A stretch of DNA of 64,000 nt, taken from positions 7,508-71,507 of the IMG/VR virus record IMGVR_UViG_3300020204_002217; one strand, given 5' to 3'. This stretch comes from a virus. The notes beneath the pieces are model-generated. The model was not told where the DNA came from and did not search any database. It worked only from the letters and a program-made list of their open reading frames with translations. Positions 53,801 through 62,768 of this stretch are shown one piece after another (the stretch's first letter is position 1; every line of letters starts with the position of its first letter). The position numbers and the translations under genes are program-made.

Positions 53801-54537
53801 TTTGTATCATCAAATCCACCTGCATAAATTGGTCTGCCGGGAGTGCTTACTCCCCAACCAACCCTTGATGGACTTTCTCTTGTAGCACTTGAACCTATTA
53901 CGCCTAAAATAGCATCACGTATTAAACCTTGTTGTTGTAATATTGCCGCAGTATAACTATGTACAGGCGTAGGTTCCTCAAGATAGCTTACGCCAGTTGA
54001 AATCGCAGGGTTATTTGTATTAAGTCCAGCTGCTGGTAATCTTACAGCATCTGCCATGCTAGCAGCTTCTCCCTTGTTAGGTACTACATCTTCTCTACCG
54101 CCAATAGCAGGCACCATATGTAAAAGTAAAGGATTAGGAATACCCCCTATCCAATAACCTTGACTTGGCTTTCCTTGAACAAATATACATAAAACTCTAG
54201 ATCCTAAGTCAGGCGGACTATACCACATTCCATAGCTTGACGGATTGGTTTTATAACTACCGTATGTATCCTCTCCGCTTGTAGCTAAAGTAGCCCCAAA
54301 GAAAGGACTTAAAAAATAACAAGTTACCCAGCATTTATCGTCCTCAGGATTTGTATTAACGTTTTCGCTGCTTTCTATCCAAACACGAATTGCACCTTGT
54401 CTAAAAGGATCAATATTATCTTTGACTACGCCGACTACTGGATAAGGATAGGTTATGGCACTACTGCCACCTGGTTCGCTAGCTGCTGCCGGCTTATTAA
54501 GTATTGCCATTCCATCATTCGATTTTACTATTGACAT
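50845..54537 (-). CDS. gp5/VgrG-like baseplate central spike (OB-fold plus beta-helix) with a long Ala/Gly-rich C-terminal extension
   Basis: GVVKDNIDP.RQG.IRVWI, YGMW..PPDLGSRVLCIF..G..GYWIG, GHSIVMDD, RTAGGHQI.M.D, GQSYIE..G.IDMYS followed by beta-helix repeats. Confidence 0.8.
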   Translation of the reverse strand: MSIVKSNDGMAILNKPAAASEPGGSSAITYPYPVVGVVKDNIDPFRQGAIRVWIESSENVNTNPEDDKCWVTCYFLSPFFGATLATSGEDTYGSYKTNPSSYGMWYSPPDLGSRVLCIFVQGKPSQGYWIGGIPNPLLLHMVPAIGGREDVVPNKGEAASMADAVRLPAAGLNTNNPAISTGVSYLEEPTPVHSYTAAILQQQGLIRDAILGVIGSSATRESPSRVGWGVSTPGRPIYAGGFDDTNLPKALDEGIDQSQLKVIGRRGGHSIVMDDGDILGRDQLVRVRTAGGHQIMMHDKNQILSILHSNGQSYIEFGKEGTIDMYSTNSINMRSQGDINIHADRDVNINGNKNTKINTNGDLELTSAKKTKHLAGSEYNLSSGMIMTIKGGLGLSIESGGVASFSGSLLTFIKGKVVLINTLTSPLIAKDVKGSDIVTNIDNIWTPDQGFVSVPNAMASICSRVPAHYPWDDSNKGVDLKVDLSKSSALPDAPNEQVAKINKEVAQLEGQIASGIMSNSPSLSGVSKNIDNLNAGAMLAAQSQVNANSPFASSNKNGYAIVDVNGKKEIRVGPAGMPISQLESGGILKPGAATLIENNINKGMPPERAFATNLFTGKAGAKNFQELIASYTSQAGAANSSYQRAQTELIQAGVITGTAAPNQEAGVTLAAATTSTAAVARRVAQSTGSSTAATIARKTDKIAQTVNLGNQAVNAVNSSDKPISAAIQFMERNPKFAGKIDYNKGTTGAALSVVKEGIGKLEAGQPINLGALAAAKGIERFTNFSIKGSKQGGLAGYVSNQFINAANTYTSTFTNQLKANFKNNITGTVNINSAFAQAGLASQTKLLGLQNTALGAAQSIKAAGLFLNAGQFSLAGNALASGLGSIPGIGGYVTTINNAVQTISTAIKVLPGQIRDTFTAITNASKAVGFATKTRELTGVTVGLSKSGQFAQQIFGGPAGGGIAGIFSSAKAGFDSIVQAGSAALGTAFNVMNAVASVAALFGGKRKIRKGVSKNKTVNRAGINKQILSTIGDPKIPAPIFIEGVSELQIQELNKIREKARQQVLNRGVNANNRNNPANQGVSGIPKNIINDATTDGQTVNQVAQGIVTTNTGATTVIGAGISTRALQAKEAEALSTEVRNLALAKKDYDFIASNYPQGSPEILAAKNKVDSLTAQNQISSTAVSTQLPITPTNPTQYNINQIPQQYRAFYLRFRRLPPGARVLPDGTII

Positions 54538-54550
54538 ATACTTCTACTCA

Positions 54551-56986
54551 TTAAGGTCCAAATGGTGGATCACCACGCCATCCTAACTTACTTAGTGGAT
54601 TAGCAAACGGATCTGAATTATTAACTCCGGCTAAAGGATCCAAACTACCAGGACCATAATCATATCTTGTAGGGCCATATCTAGGATTATTGATCGGATT
54701 ATTATCATCAGTACTAGAATTATTAGTGGGACCTATTCCAAATGGATTTTTTATTCCAGCTCCTTCTCTTGTAGGACTTTGTACTGGTGGCCCTGGTAAT
54801 TGATCAGGTCTTAATCCTGTTCCGTCTACTGTAGTTCCTACTGGGTCTACTGCAGTGTTAGCGTTACGTTGTCTAATTGCATTAGCTACTGATGCAACGT
54901 CCTTAACAATTAGTTGTAAGTCTTGAGTAAATTTTCCTTGACTAAATTTGCTTGTAACTCTAACTACTTCATATACTACCCCAGGACTTATACTAGGATC
55001 CTGTTGCATAGTCATACCAATTGATCTATTAATATCAAAAACACCTGTTTGAGTGTTATAATCTTTTCCTTCATAAAACACTATTTCAACAAAATTTTTG
55101 CCACCTGTTGGTTTAATAGTAAAGCCATCGCCCCCGTAAAATCTTTGATATAAACTATTAACACTTGTTGATGTAGGCGCAAGATAGTCTGGATCACCTA
55201 AAATAGAAATCTTGGCAGTAGCAAATGATTTGTCGTCATAAATCTGTGTTAATATTGTATTTTGACTGATTAATCCTAAATTTTCTGCAGTTTGTGTACT
55301 TTGTCCTGATGGTCTATTTGACAATTGTACGTCAGGACTTATTGCACTTGCATTTAAACCTGCAAGATTTATTTGATAAGCTAAATTAATTTCTTGTTGA
55401 TAATCTAATACTTCTGTATTTTGACCTGTAAAATAATATCTATAAGATTTTTGTATACCATAAAAATCTTGTTCTGGTACTACGTTATCTGTATATAAAA
55501 AAGGTATTTCAAATTTTTCAATCATATATAAAATATCATAAGCCCAACTGTTAATTTTATTATCCCATCTAGGATTACTTAATTCGGGTGTAACACTATA
55601 CCAATATATTGGCTGTGTATTGTCAATAATTATATCTGGATTTTTATTTTTAGCTTCATAATTATCTTCTATTCTTAATAAGCTTACAGTCATAAAACTA
55701 CTTTCTTTTATAATTGTTTCTATTGCCTTAACAATTGGAGTATCAGCTTGAAAAGGTATAGTTTTAGTTGACTTATCTGGAAAGGATCTATATTCTGTAA
55801 ATGGATTACTTTGTTCGCTAGTTTTTGCTCCGCTAGTAGATCCATTATATCTTTGTTCGCTATTATTTCCATCATAAAACATAGGACTGTCTTCTATGCT
55901 TTTTGCATCAGGTTTAAATGCAACAGCATAGTGAACCATTTCTAAAATTTTTCCTTGATCAAAAAGCTGTTGTTGTTGTTGATTAAGTGCAGTAAACAAT
56001 CCTTTGCTGCCCATTAAGCAATCTAAGATAGTTACTCCTTCAACAGTAGTCGGAGGAGGAATATGTCCATATTTTAATCCAAATGCTTGCATAGGCGTAA
56101 GTTTAGCTGTGCAATCATATGTGGTAGTTACACCTAATTTAAATGTCACTTTATGAAGAGTGATGTCAAAAAATCTTTCAAATACTCCAGCTGTTATAGA
56201 TGATCCACTAGCCTCTACTCCTCCCATTACACTTTCTCTACTTTGTATAGGATTTCCAGCTATGTCATAACCATAAAATCTAATTCCTATAACATACTGC
56301 ATTCTTAATCCGTTTAAGTTAACACTGCCCTGAGAACCTCCAGTGAGTGTAGCATTTAAACTTCTATCATATTGTTGTAATGTGTTTGCTGCTCTAGTCA
56401 ACTCACTTAGAAAACTAAAGCCATATGGTTCTGTTATGTTAAATGAAACGTCATATTCTGCTGTTGATCCGCCTGTACCACTGCCGGGATTTGCTTGATT
56501 TATTACAAGATTATCAATATAATAATCTAATTCCATACCAGGAGCACGATTTTGTTCTGGGCCTAATCCACCGCTCTGTGCTATTAAAAATGTACCGCCA
56601 CCAGTAGATGCTAATACACGACCGGTAAGAGTATCAAACGCTTCTATGCTTGTTCTACCAGTTGCTAAAAACGCTTGATAGGCATCAGCACTCAACATAT
56701 AAAGAGATATATTATATGTATAACTTGCAAAATACCCTAACGGGTTCATTAATCTACGACCTATAGTATTAGGTTCAGATCCTACGCCATTGTTAGTATT
56801 AGGATTATAATCAGTTACTGGGGTAATTTGTATATTTGCTATATCTTTTGCTAGCTTATTATCAGTTAAGCTAGGAAAAGAATTGCCTTTATAAACGAAA
56901 TTAAAGTCAGTTTGATTTTTACTTGGGTTTTTAAATTCACCCAAGTCATCTGGTACTCCTCCCTGACTTTTGAAACTGAAAGCCAT
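54551..56986 (-). CDS. Baseplate hub-like protein (gp27/late control D-like)
   Basis: NPL..FASYTYNISL, F.I.EPYG.SF, Y.Y.FTGQNTEVLD, I.ILGDPDY, Y.V..V.SKFSQGKFTQ.L; located between gp53 and gp5. Confidence 0.65.
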   Translation of the reverse strand: MAFSFKSQGGVPDDLGEFKNPSKNQTDFNFVYKGNSFPSLTDNKLAKDIANIQITPVTDYNPNTNNGVGSEPNTIGRRLMNPLGYFASYTYNISLYMLSADAYQAFLATGRTSIEAFDTLTGRVLASTGGGTFLIAQSGGLGPEQNRAPGMELDYYIDNLVINQANPGSGTGGSTAEYDVSFNITEPYGFSFLSELTRAANTLQQYDRSLNATLTGGSQGSVNLNGLRMQYVIGIRFYGYDIAGNPIQSRESVMGGVEASGSSITAGVFERFFDITLHKVTFKLGVTTTYDCTAKLTPMQAFGLKYGHIPPPTTVEGVTILDCLMGSKGLFTALNQQQQQLFDQGKILEMVHYAVAFKPDAKSIEDSPMFYDGNNSEQRYNGSTSGAKTSEQSNPFTEYRSFPDKSTKTIPFQADTPIVKAIETIIKESSFMTVSLLRIEDNYEAKNKNPDIIIDNTQPIYWYSVTPELSNPRWDNKINSWAYDILYMIEKFEIPFLYTDNVVPEQDFYGIQKSYRYYFTGQNTEVLDYQQEINLAYQINLAGLNASAISPDVQLSNRPSGQSTQTAENLGLISQNTILTQIYDDKSFATAKISILGDPDYLAPTSTSVNSLYQRFYGGDGFTIKPTGGKNFVEIVFYEGKDYNTQTGVFDINRSIGMTMQQDPSISPGVVYEVVRVTSKFSQGKFTQDLQLIVKDVASVANAIRQRNANTAVDPVGTTVDGTGLRPDQLPGPPVQSPTREGAGIKNPFGIGPTNNSSTDDNNPINNPRYGPTRYDYGPGSLDPLAGVNNSDPFANPLSKLGWRGDPPFGP

Positions 56987-56987
56987 T

Positions 56988-57305
56988 TTATATTCCTAAT
57001 GCGGCTTTTAATGTATCTAGTTTAGGTACATAAATGGATAAACCTGCCACAAAATCAAAATAAGGATCAGGACCTAATACGTTTGGATTACGTGCTGCAA
57101 ACACCCAATATAATCGTGGGTCCATATATAAATCATAGGCTAACATATCAGGTCTAAATTGATAAACTCTTGGTATTTCAAAATAGATGTCACTCTGATA
57201 TTTAGGTATTACTCTGTAATTTAAAAAATCCAAATACTTGCCTGTCTTATTAATAGGCGTCATGCTATATGGACTTGTTGAGGGATAAAAATTGTTGATA
57301 GCCAT
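56988..57305 (-). CDS. gp53: Baseplate wedge subunit, gp53-like (LysM-like)
   Basis: YQFRPDMLAYDLY.DPRLYWVFA.RN..DP..F..G..IYVP. Confidence 0.8.
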   Translation of the reverse strand: MAINNFYPSTSPYSMTPINKTGKYLDFLNYRVIPKYQSDIYFEIPRVYQFRPDMLAYDLYMDPRLYWVFAARNPNVLGPDPYFDFVAGLSIYVPKLDTLKAALGI

Positions 57306-58909
57306 TACCAGAAACCTCCACCGTTTCTTCTATTGCCTTGTAACAATGCTCCTGTTGAATATCCTGCCAGACTAAATTCGTTACTAACTTCATTTCTACT
57401 TACTACAGGATAGCAAGTAATTGTCAAATTAATAGCTGTTGGAACATATGTAGGCGGGTTACTACCTTGCTGTAAAACACTCCAATCGGGCTCTGGGCTA
57501 TAACCGCCTTGAGCAATTTGTTTACCTAGCTTCCAAATTTTGTCTACCGGATTACCTTTAATTTGATTATTATATGTGCTTACACCCGGCGCTCCGCCTG
57601 CAGTAGGTGTAGCGCGAATATAATTAACATTGGTTGGCAGGTTATATATAAAGCTAGATATTACTAAAGGATGCTGATTGAATTGAAATTCTCCTAATCC
57701 ATTTAAAAAACATAATGGAGGAGGTGTGCCTGGTTTTACAGTATCATCTAATCCATAAAACATTTTTGTTGCACTGCGGAAAAAGTGTATCACAGCCATT
57801 AAATAATTTGCTTCAAAAATGTCCTGAGCAGTGAAATCTGCTTGTATAGTAACTTGTTCCACTGCACTTCCCTTATACGCTAGTACTTTGTAATTACTAT
57901 GTGTTAGCATCGTATTGTCATAATCTGCAGTATACGTTACATTAATAGTTGGTGTGTATGGAAATATTACACCGTCGGTAGCACGCAGTGGAGCTAAAAT
58001 ACCAACACTATCATCATTGTTATTATATAAAATATTTGGTGACCCGGGAGCTAATGATAGTTTTACTCTCCAATCACCTTGTGCAGCTAAATTCGTTGCG
58101 TCCTGTTCTGTAAATCTTACTCTAGCAGTTTCCTCCTCACCCTCTAAACCTACACTAGTTCCAGCACTAAAAGGATTGGGTTGTGTACGTGGAGGTACTC
58201 CTGGGGACACCGCAGGGGGAGGGGCTGCTCCTGTTGCTCCGGCAACTGGAGTAGGAATAGCAGGCTTTTTAGAGTTTAAATTGCCTATTAATTTTGATAA
58301 ATCAGTAATTTGTTGATTTACTGTTTGTTGTGTAGATTTACCCCAACTTTGATCATCAGTAAGTTTTGCATTAGCTGCTTTATTAGTATAATTTAGTGTT
58401 TCATTAAGTAGACTATTTGCTTTATCAAATGCGGCTTTAGCTTTTGCTTTGCCTGCATCAATTTCTGCCTTACTAGCATTTCTAGCTATAAGAGCATTAA
58501 GTTCACTTATAATATCTTTATTACTACTAACTTGCGGTACAATACTTGCTTTAAGTACAGATAACTCCTTTTTAGTATTTGGCAATCCAGTTTGATCAGG
58601 CTTATTATATTCTATAAATTTATATGCATTTTCGCTAAATTTTATTGCGGATTCGCCCTGATCTTCTGCTGCAGTAAAACTTGCTGTAAGCCCCTGTGAT
58701 TTTAACAGGCCTTTGTTTGCTCTTTCATATGCAGCTATTCTGCTTGTTGCATCTTTGGCTTGATTTTTAGCATTATTAATTTGTAATAGCGCATTTTCTT
58801 TAGAAATTTTTCCCTGTCTCCAATCATTTTGTGTACTGGTGGCAATAGTTTGAGACCTAGAAATTATTTCTAGATTTGTACGTAATACATCTGCTGGAGT
58901 TTGTGCCAT
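57305..58909 (-). CDS. Baseplate tail-tube initiator/junction (gp48/gp54-like) with an N-terminal coiled-coil extension
   Basis: C-terminal half: GVIFPYTP.I..Y.A.Y..THSNY, FTAQ..EA.YL.A..HF.RS.TKMF.G, G.PPP..L.G.G..FN..P.VI.SF..LP..V.Y. Confidence 0.65.
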   Translation of the reverse strand: MAQTPADVLRTNLEIISRSQTIATSTQNDWRQGKISKENALLQINNAKNQAKDATSRIAAYERANKGLLKSQGLTASFTAAEDQGESAIKFSENAYKFIEYNKPDQTGLPNTKKELSVLKASIVPQVSSNKDIISELNALIARNASKAEIDAGKAKAKAAFDKANSLLNETLNYTNKAANAKLTDDQSWGKSTQQTVNQQITDLSKLIGNLNSKKPAIPTPVAGATGAAPPPAVSPGVPPRTQPNPFSAGTSVGLEGEEETARVRFTEQDATNLAAQGDWRVKLSLAPGSPNILYNNNDDSVGILAPLRATDGVIFPYTPTINVTYTADYDNTMLTHSNYKVLAYKGSAVEQVTIQADFTAQDIFEANYLMAVIHFFRSATKMFYGLDDTVKPGTPPPLCFLNGLGEFQFNQHPLVISSFIYNLPTNVNYIRATPTAGGAPGVSTYNNQIKGNPVDKIWKLGKQIAQGGYSPEPDWSVLQQGSNPPTYVPTAINLTITCYPVVSRNEVSNEFSLAGYSTGALLQGNRRNGGGFW

Positions 58910-58933
58910 TAATTTATCCTAAAGAAAAACATC

Positions 58934-58941
58934 TATAAATA
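58934..58941 (+). promoter_or_regulatory. Perfect late promoter TATAAATA facing gp55
   Basis: atcTATAAATAgta in the divergent intergenic region. Confidence 0.5.
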
Positions 58942-58954
58942 GTAATCTCATTGA

Positions 58955-58962
58955 TATTTATC
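58955..58962 (-). promoter_or_regulatory. Late promoter-like GATAAATA for the baseplate operon
   Basis: - strand, ~45 nt upstream of ATG 58909. Confidence 0.55.
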
Positions 58963-58994
58963 GTCATAAATTCACCAAAATTGTAATAAATTAC

Positions 58995-59023
58995 TTGACA
59001 CTTTATACAGGGTCGTGTATCAT
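58995..59023 (+). promoter_or_regulatory. Sigma70-type early/middle promoter TTGACA-N17-TATCAT
   Basis: TTGACA at 58995-59000, 17-nt spacer, TATCAT at 59018-59023, then a GAGGA RBS before ATG 59051. Confidence 0.75.
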
Positions 59024-59050
59024 TTTTACAACAAAATTATAAGAGGAACT

Positions 59051-59947
59051 ATGTCTACAGCGAAAAAACCCGTAAATTACTTAAACAATAAAGATATCCT
59101 AAAAGAGATACACGCAAGTAAAACCAGCTATTGCAGTTTTTCAAGACAGGAATATCATCAATATGATCTAATCATCGACATGCCGCAGAGCCCATTAGAC
59201 AAGTCATTAGATCAATTATCTAAACTAAAAAACATCAAAACTGCTAGAGAAACAAGAGCAGCAAGAATTTTTAACCAGACTGGTACTAAAGTCAAATTAA
59301 AAGACATACCAATAACCGATTTAGTATTTCGTGTTATGACCTGGGAACATATCCCAGTAAGTCCAAAACAACCACGCAAGGTCATTAAAAAGAAGACAGC
59401 AGTAGATATACTTGAATTTGAAGAAAACGAAGAAGAAAGTTTATTTGAAGATTTAGAAATTGAAGATACTAAAGATGAAGTTGATGACATGGTACATGTT
59501 AAAGTGAACTTTCCCCCATTTCAACATTACAAGTTAGATGAAACCAATTCAGCAGTATGTGTAGGTAAAAGTCATTGGAAGGGCGGTGTTAAGACAGGCG
59601 ACTTCAGCAAAGACCACGGCAAGATTTCTGACAAACTAGCACGTATGTTTATCATGCTTTGCGAAAAATATGCCATGAAGTTTAACTGGCGCGGTTACAC
59701 ATACAATGATGAAATGCGTAACAGTGCTATACTTCAATTGACATATGTTGGATTACGTTTCAATGAAGCAAAGAGTGCTAATCCATTCGCTTACTACACT
59801 GCTGCTATCACAAATAGTTTCTGCCGCGTACTAAATACCGAAAAGCGTAATCAAAATATTCGTGACGATATCTTAGAGATGAATGGATTGAATCCCAGTT
59901 TCACTCGTCAAATGCGTGATCAAAAGTTTAATGTTTATGAAGAATAA
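59051..59947 (+). CDS. gp55: Late-transcription sigma factor, T4 gp55-like (likely start 59051 rather than 59015)
   Basis: NYLNNKDILKEI; NWRGYTYNDEM..A..FNEAKSANPFAYYT..NSF.R..EKR; syntenic with gp47 and gp46. Confidence 0.88.
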   Translation: MSTAKKPVNYLNNKDILKEIHASKTSYCSFSRQEYHQYDLIIDMPQSPLDKSLDQLSKLKNIKTARETRAARIFNQTGTKVKLKDIPITDLVFRVMTWEHIPVSPKQPRKVIKKKTAVDILEFEENEEESLFEDLEIEDTKDEVDDMVHVKVNFPPFQHYKLDETNSAVCVGKSHWKGGVKTGDFSKDHGKISDKLARMFIMLCEKYAMKFNWRGYTYNDEMRNSAILQLTYVGLRFNEAKSANPFAYYTAAITNSFCRVLNTEKRNQNIRDDILEMNGLNPSFTRQMRDQKFNVYEE

Positions 59948-59991
59948 CCAAAAAACTTTAAGTAAATCAATAACTTATATAAAATATATAG

Positions 59992-61008
59992 ATGTCTAAC
60001 TTATTTAAGAAGGCAGCAATCTTTACAGATATACATTTTGGTTTAAAGTCAAATAGTTTGGAACATAATCAAGATTGCGCCGATTTCATTGATTGGTTCA
60101 TAGAAACTGCTAAGGCTGAAGGTTGCGAGACTTGCTTTTTCTTAGGTGATTATAATCACCATCGTGCAAGTATCAATATACATACTATGCAATATGGATT
60201 ACGTGCATTAGAAAAATTAAATGACAATTTTGATAATGTTTATTTTATTCCCGGCAATCACGATCTTTACTATCGTGATCGCAGGGATATACATAGTGTT
60301 GAGTGGGCAAGGCATTTGCCAAACGTTCATATCATCAACGACTGGTTTAGTGAAGACGATGTAACTATCGCACCCTGGCTTGTAGGAGATGAATACAAGA
60401 AACTGCTCAAGTTTAAAACAAAATACTTGTTTTCGCATCTTGAGTTGCCACGCTTCTATATGAATGCCATGGTAGAAATGCCAGATCATGGTGAAATTAG
60501 CGATGAACATGTAGTTAGATTTGAACAAGTATATTCGGGACACTTTCATAAACGACAGTCACGTAAAAACATCTGGTACATGGGCAATGCTTTCCCACAC
60601 AACTATGCTGATGCAGGTGACGATGCTAGAGGTATGATGATATTAGAATGGGGAGTTGATCCTATATTCAAATCATGGCCTAAACAGCCCACATTTAGAG
60701 TTTATAAACTAAGCGATATATTAGAAAATCCTGAAGGATATCTATTGCCTCGTAGTAGTATTCGTGTGCATCTTGATATTGATATTAGTTATGAAGAGGC
60801 AAACTACATAAAAGAAACACTAGTTCCTAAGCATCAATTGCGTGAAATGGCACTAATACCTATGAAACTTGATCAGCACACGCTTGATCTTGCCCCAGGC
60901 GAGTTGAAATTTGAAAGCGTTGATCAGATAATTACAGATCAAATTAGCAATATTGAAAGTCAACATTATGACCCTAAAGTGTTACTTGAGATTTATAGAA
61001 ACCTATGA
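59992..61008 (+). CDS. gp47: Recombination endonuclease subunit gp47 (Mre11/SbcD-like)
   Basis: DIHFG, LGD, PGNHD, SHLE and SGHFH phosphoesterase motifs. Confidence 0.93.
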   Translation: MSNLFKKAAIFTDIHFGLKSNSLEHNQDCADFIDWFIETAKAEGCETCFFLGDYNHHRASINIHTMQYGLRALEKLNDNFDNVYFIPGNHDLYYRDRRDIHSVEWARHLPNVHIINDWFSEDDVTIAPWLVGDEYKKLLKFKTKYLFSHLELPRFYMNAMVEMPDHGEISDEHVVRFEQVYSGHFHKRQSRKNIWYMGNAFPHNYADAGDDARGMMILEWGVDPIFKSWPKQPTFRVYKLSDILENPEGYLLPRSSIRVHLDIDISYEEANYIKETLVPKHQLREMALIPMKLDQHTLDLAPGELKFESVDQIITDQISNIESQHYDPKVLLEIYRNL

Positions 61009-62768
61009 TACTATTAAAAAACATTACATTAAGAAATTTTTTATCTATTGGTGCAGTTACACAGGCTGTGAACTTTGATAGCAAAGAATTAACATTAATA
61101 CTGGGCGAGAACCTAGATCTAGGAGGGGACGGTGCTAGAAATGGTACTGGCAAGACGACTCTCATCCAGGGTCTTTCATATGTATTGTTTGGTACTCCAA
61201 TCAATCAAATTCGTAAAGATAACTTAATCAATCGTACTAATGCTAAAGGCATGATGGTTACATTAGAGTTTCAATGTAACGGTATTGATTATAAGATTGA
61301 ACGCGGTCGTAAACCAAACATACTCAAATTTTATGTAAACAATCAAGAAGAAGAATGTATTAATGATGCTCAGGGTGAGAACAAAGAAACACAAGAACAT
61401 ATTGAACGTGCTATAGGTATGACTCCCGATATGTTTAAACATATTGTGGCACTAAATACATATAGCGAACCATTTTTAGCCATGAAGGCTAATGATCAGC
61501 GTAATATTATTGAACAGTTGCTTGGCATCACATTGTTGAGTGAAAAAGCAGAACTAATAAAAGAACAAATCAAAACAACCAAAGACAGTATAACTGAAGA
61601 AGAATACAAAGTAAAAGCAATAGAAGAAGCAAATAAACGTATACAAGAACAAATTGAAAACTTAAAACGACGAGCGAAACTTTGGGATGCCAAGCACGAC
61701 GAAGATTTAAAGAAGTTAACAGAAGACCTTGAAGAACTGCGTAAGTTAGATATTGAAGCTGAACTTCAAGGTCATAAAGATTTAAGTTTATATAATCAAA
61801 ATAAAAAAGATTTAGCCGATATTGATAAAGCAATCAATAGAGCAGAAACAGATATTGATCGTGAGGAAAAGGCACTTAAGAAAGCTGAAAAAGAATTAAA
61901 GTCATTGCAAGACCATAAGTGTCATGCTTGCGGTCAAGATATACATGATGACAAACACAGCAAACTATTAAAAGAACGCGAAAAATTCGTAAAGACCACC
62001 GCAGCAACACTTGAAACATTGAATATTGAAATATCTCAGGTACACAAAGCCAAAAAAGAATTAGGTACTTTAGGCAAACCACCAAAACTATATTACGATA
62101 CAGAGCAAGAGGCGTTCCAACATCGAAGTATGGTTGATAGCCTCGTTAAGTCTATAGATGAAAAAACTAACGATTTAAATCCATATACTGATCAAATATC
62201 CGAAATGGAAAATAAGGCGTTACAAGTTGTTGACTTTAACAGTATCAATTCATATAATAGACTTCTTGAACATCAAAAGTTCTTATTAGAGTTACTAACC
62301 AGTAAAGACAGTTTTGTACGTAAGAAAATTATTGATCAAAATCTCAGTTATCTCAACGCAAGGCTTACACACTACCTTGATAGGATCGGATTACCTCATC
62401 AAGTAATATTTTTAAACGATCTATCTGTTGAGATAACTGAGTATGGACGCGAACTTGATTTTGATAATTTAAGTCGTGGTGAACGCAATAGATTAATACT
62501 TGGTTTAAGTTTTGCTTTCCGTGATGTATGGGAAAGTTTATATTGCCAAATTAACACATTATTTATAGATGAACTAATTGACAGCGGTATGGATAGTATC
62601 GGTGTTGAAAACAGTATGGCAATACTAAAAGATATGTCACGTAATAGAAACAAATCTGTATGGCTTGTAAGTCATCGTGAGGAACTTGCTGGACGTGTGC
62701 CTAGCGTGTTGCGTGTAGTCAAAGAAAATGGATTTACAACATATAACACAACACATGATTTTGTATGA
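61005..62768 (+). CDS. gp46: Recombination ATPase subunit gp46 (Rad50/SbcC-like)
   Basis: Walker A NGTGKT, coiled coil with CHAC hook, signature LSRGE, Walker B LFIDE, VSH. Confidence 0.94.
   Translation: MILLKNITLRNFLSIGAVTQAVNFDSKELTLILGENLDLGGDGARNGTGKTTLIQGLSYVLFGTPINQIRKDNLINRTNAKGMMVTLEFQCNGIDYKIERGRKPNILKFYVNNQEEECINDAQGENKETQEHIERAIGMTPDMFKHIVALNTYSEPFLAMKANDQRNIIEQLLGITLLSEKAELIKEQIKTTKDSITEEEYKVKAIEEANKRIQEQIENLKRRAKLWDAKHDEDLKKLTEDLEELRKLDIEAELQGHKDLSLYNQNKKDLADIDKAINRAETDIDREEKALKKAEKELKSLQDHKCHACGQDIHDDKHSKLLKEREKFVKTTAATLETLNIEISQVHKAKKELGTLGKPPKLYYDTEQEAFQHRSMVDSLVKSIDEKTNDLNPYTDQISEMENKALQVVDFNSINSYNRLLEHQKFLLELLTSKDSFVRKKIIDQNLSYLNARLTHYLDRIGLPHQVIFLNDLSVEITEYGRELDFDNLSRGERNRLILGLSFAFRDVWESLYCQINTLFIDELIDSGMDSIGVENSMAILKDMSRNRNKSVWLVSHREELAGRVPSVLRVVKENGFTTYNTTHDFV

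Noticed and set aside
1235-58316. Numerous short + strand ORFs in the track (e.g. 10835..11260, 24145..24765, 34044..34439, 50363..50725, 57954..58316)
   Set aside because: They are antisense shadows of long, well-supported - strand genes, with no motifs or RBS.
59015-59050. GTG start of gp55 given in the track
   Set aside because: It overlaps the -10 box; GAGGA followed by ATG at 59051 is the better start.
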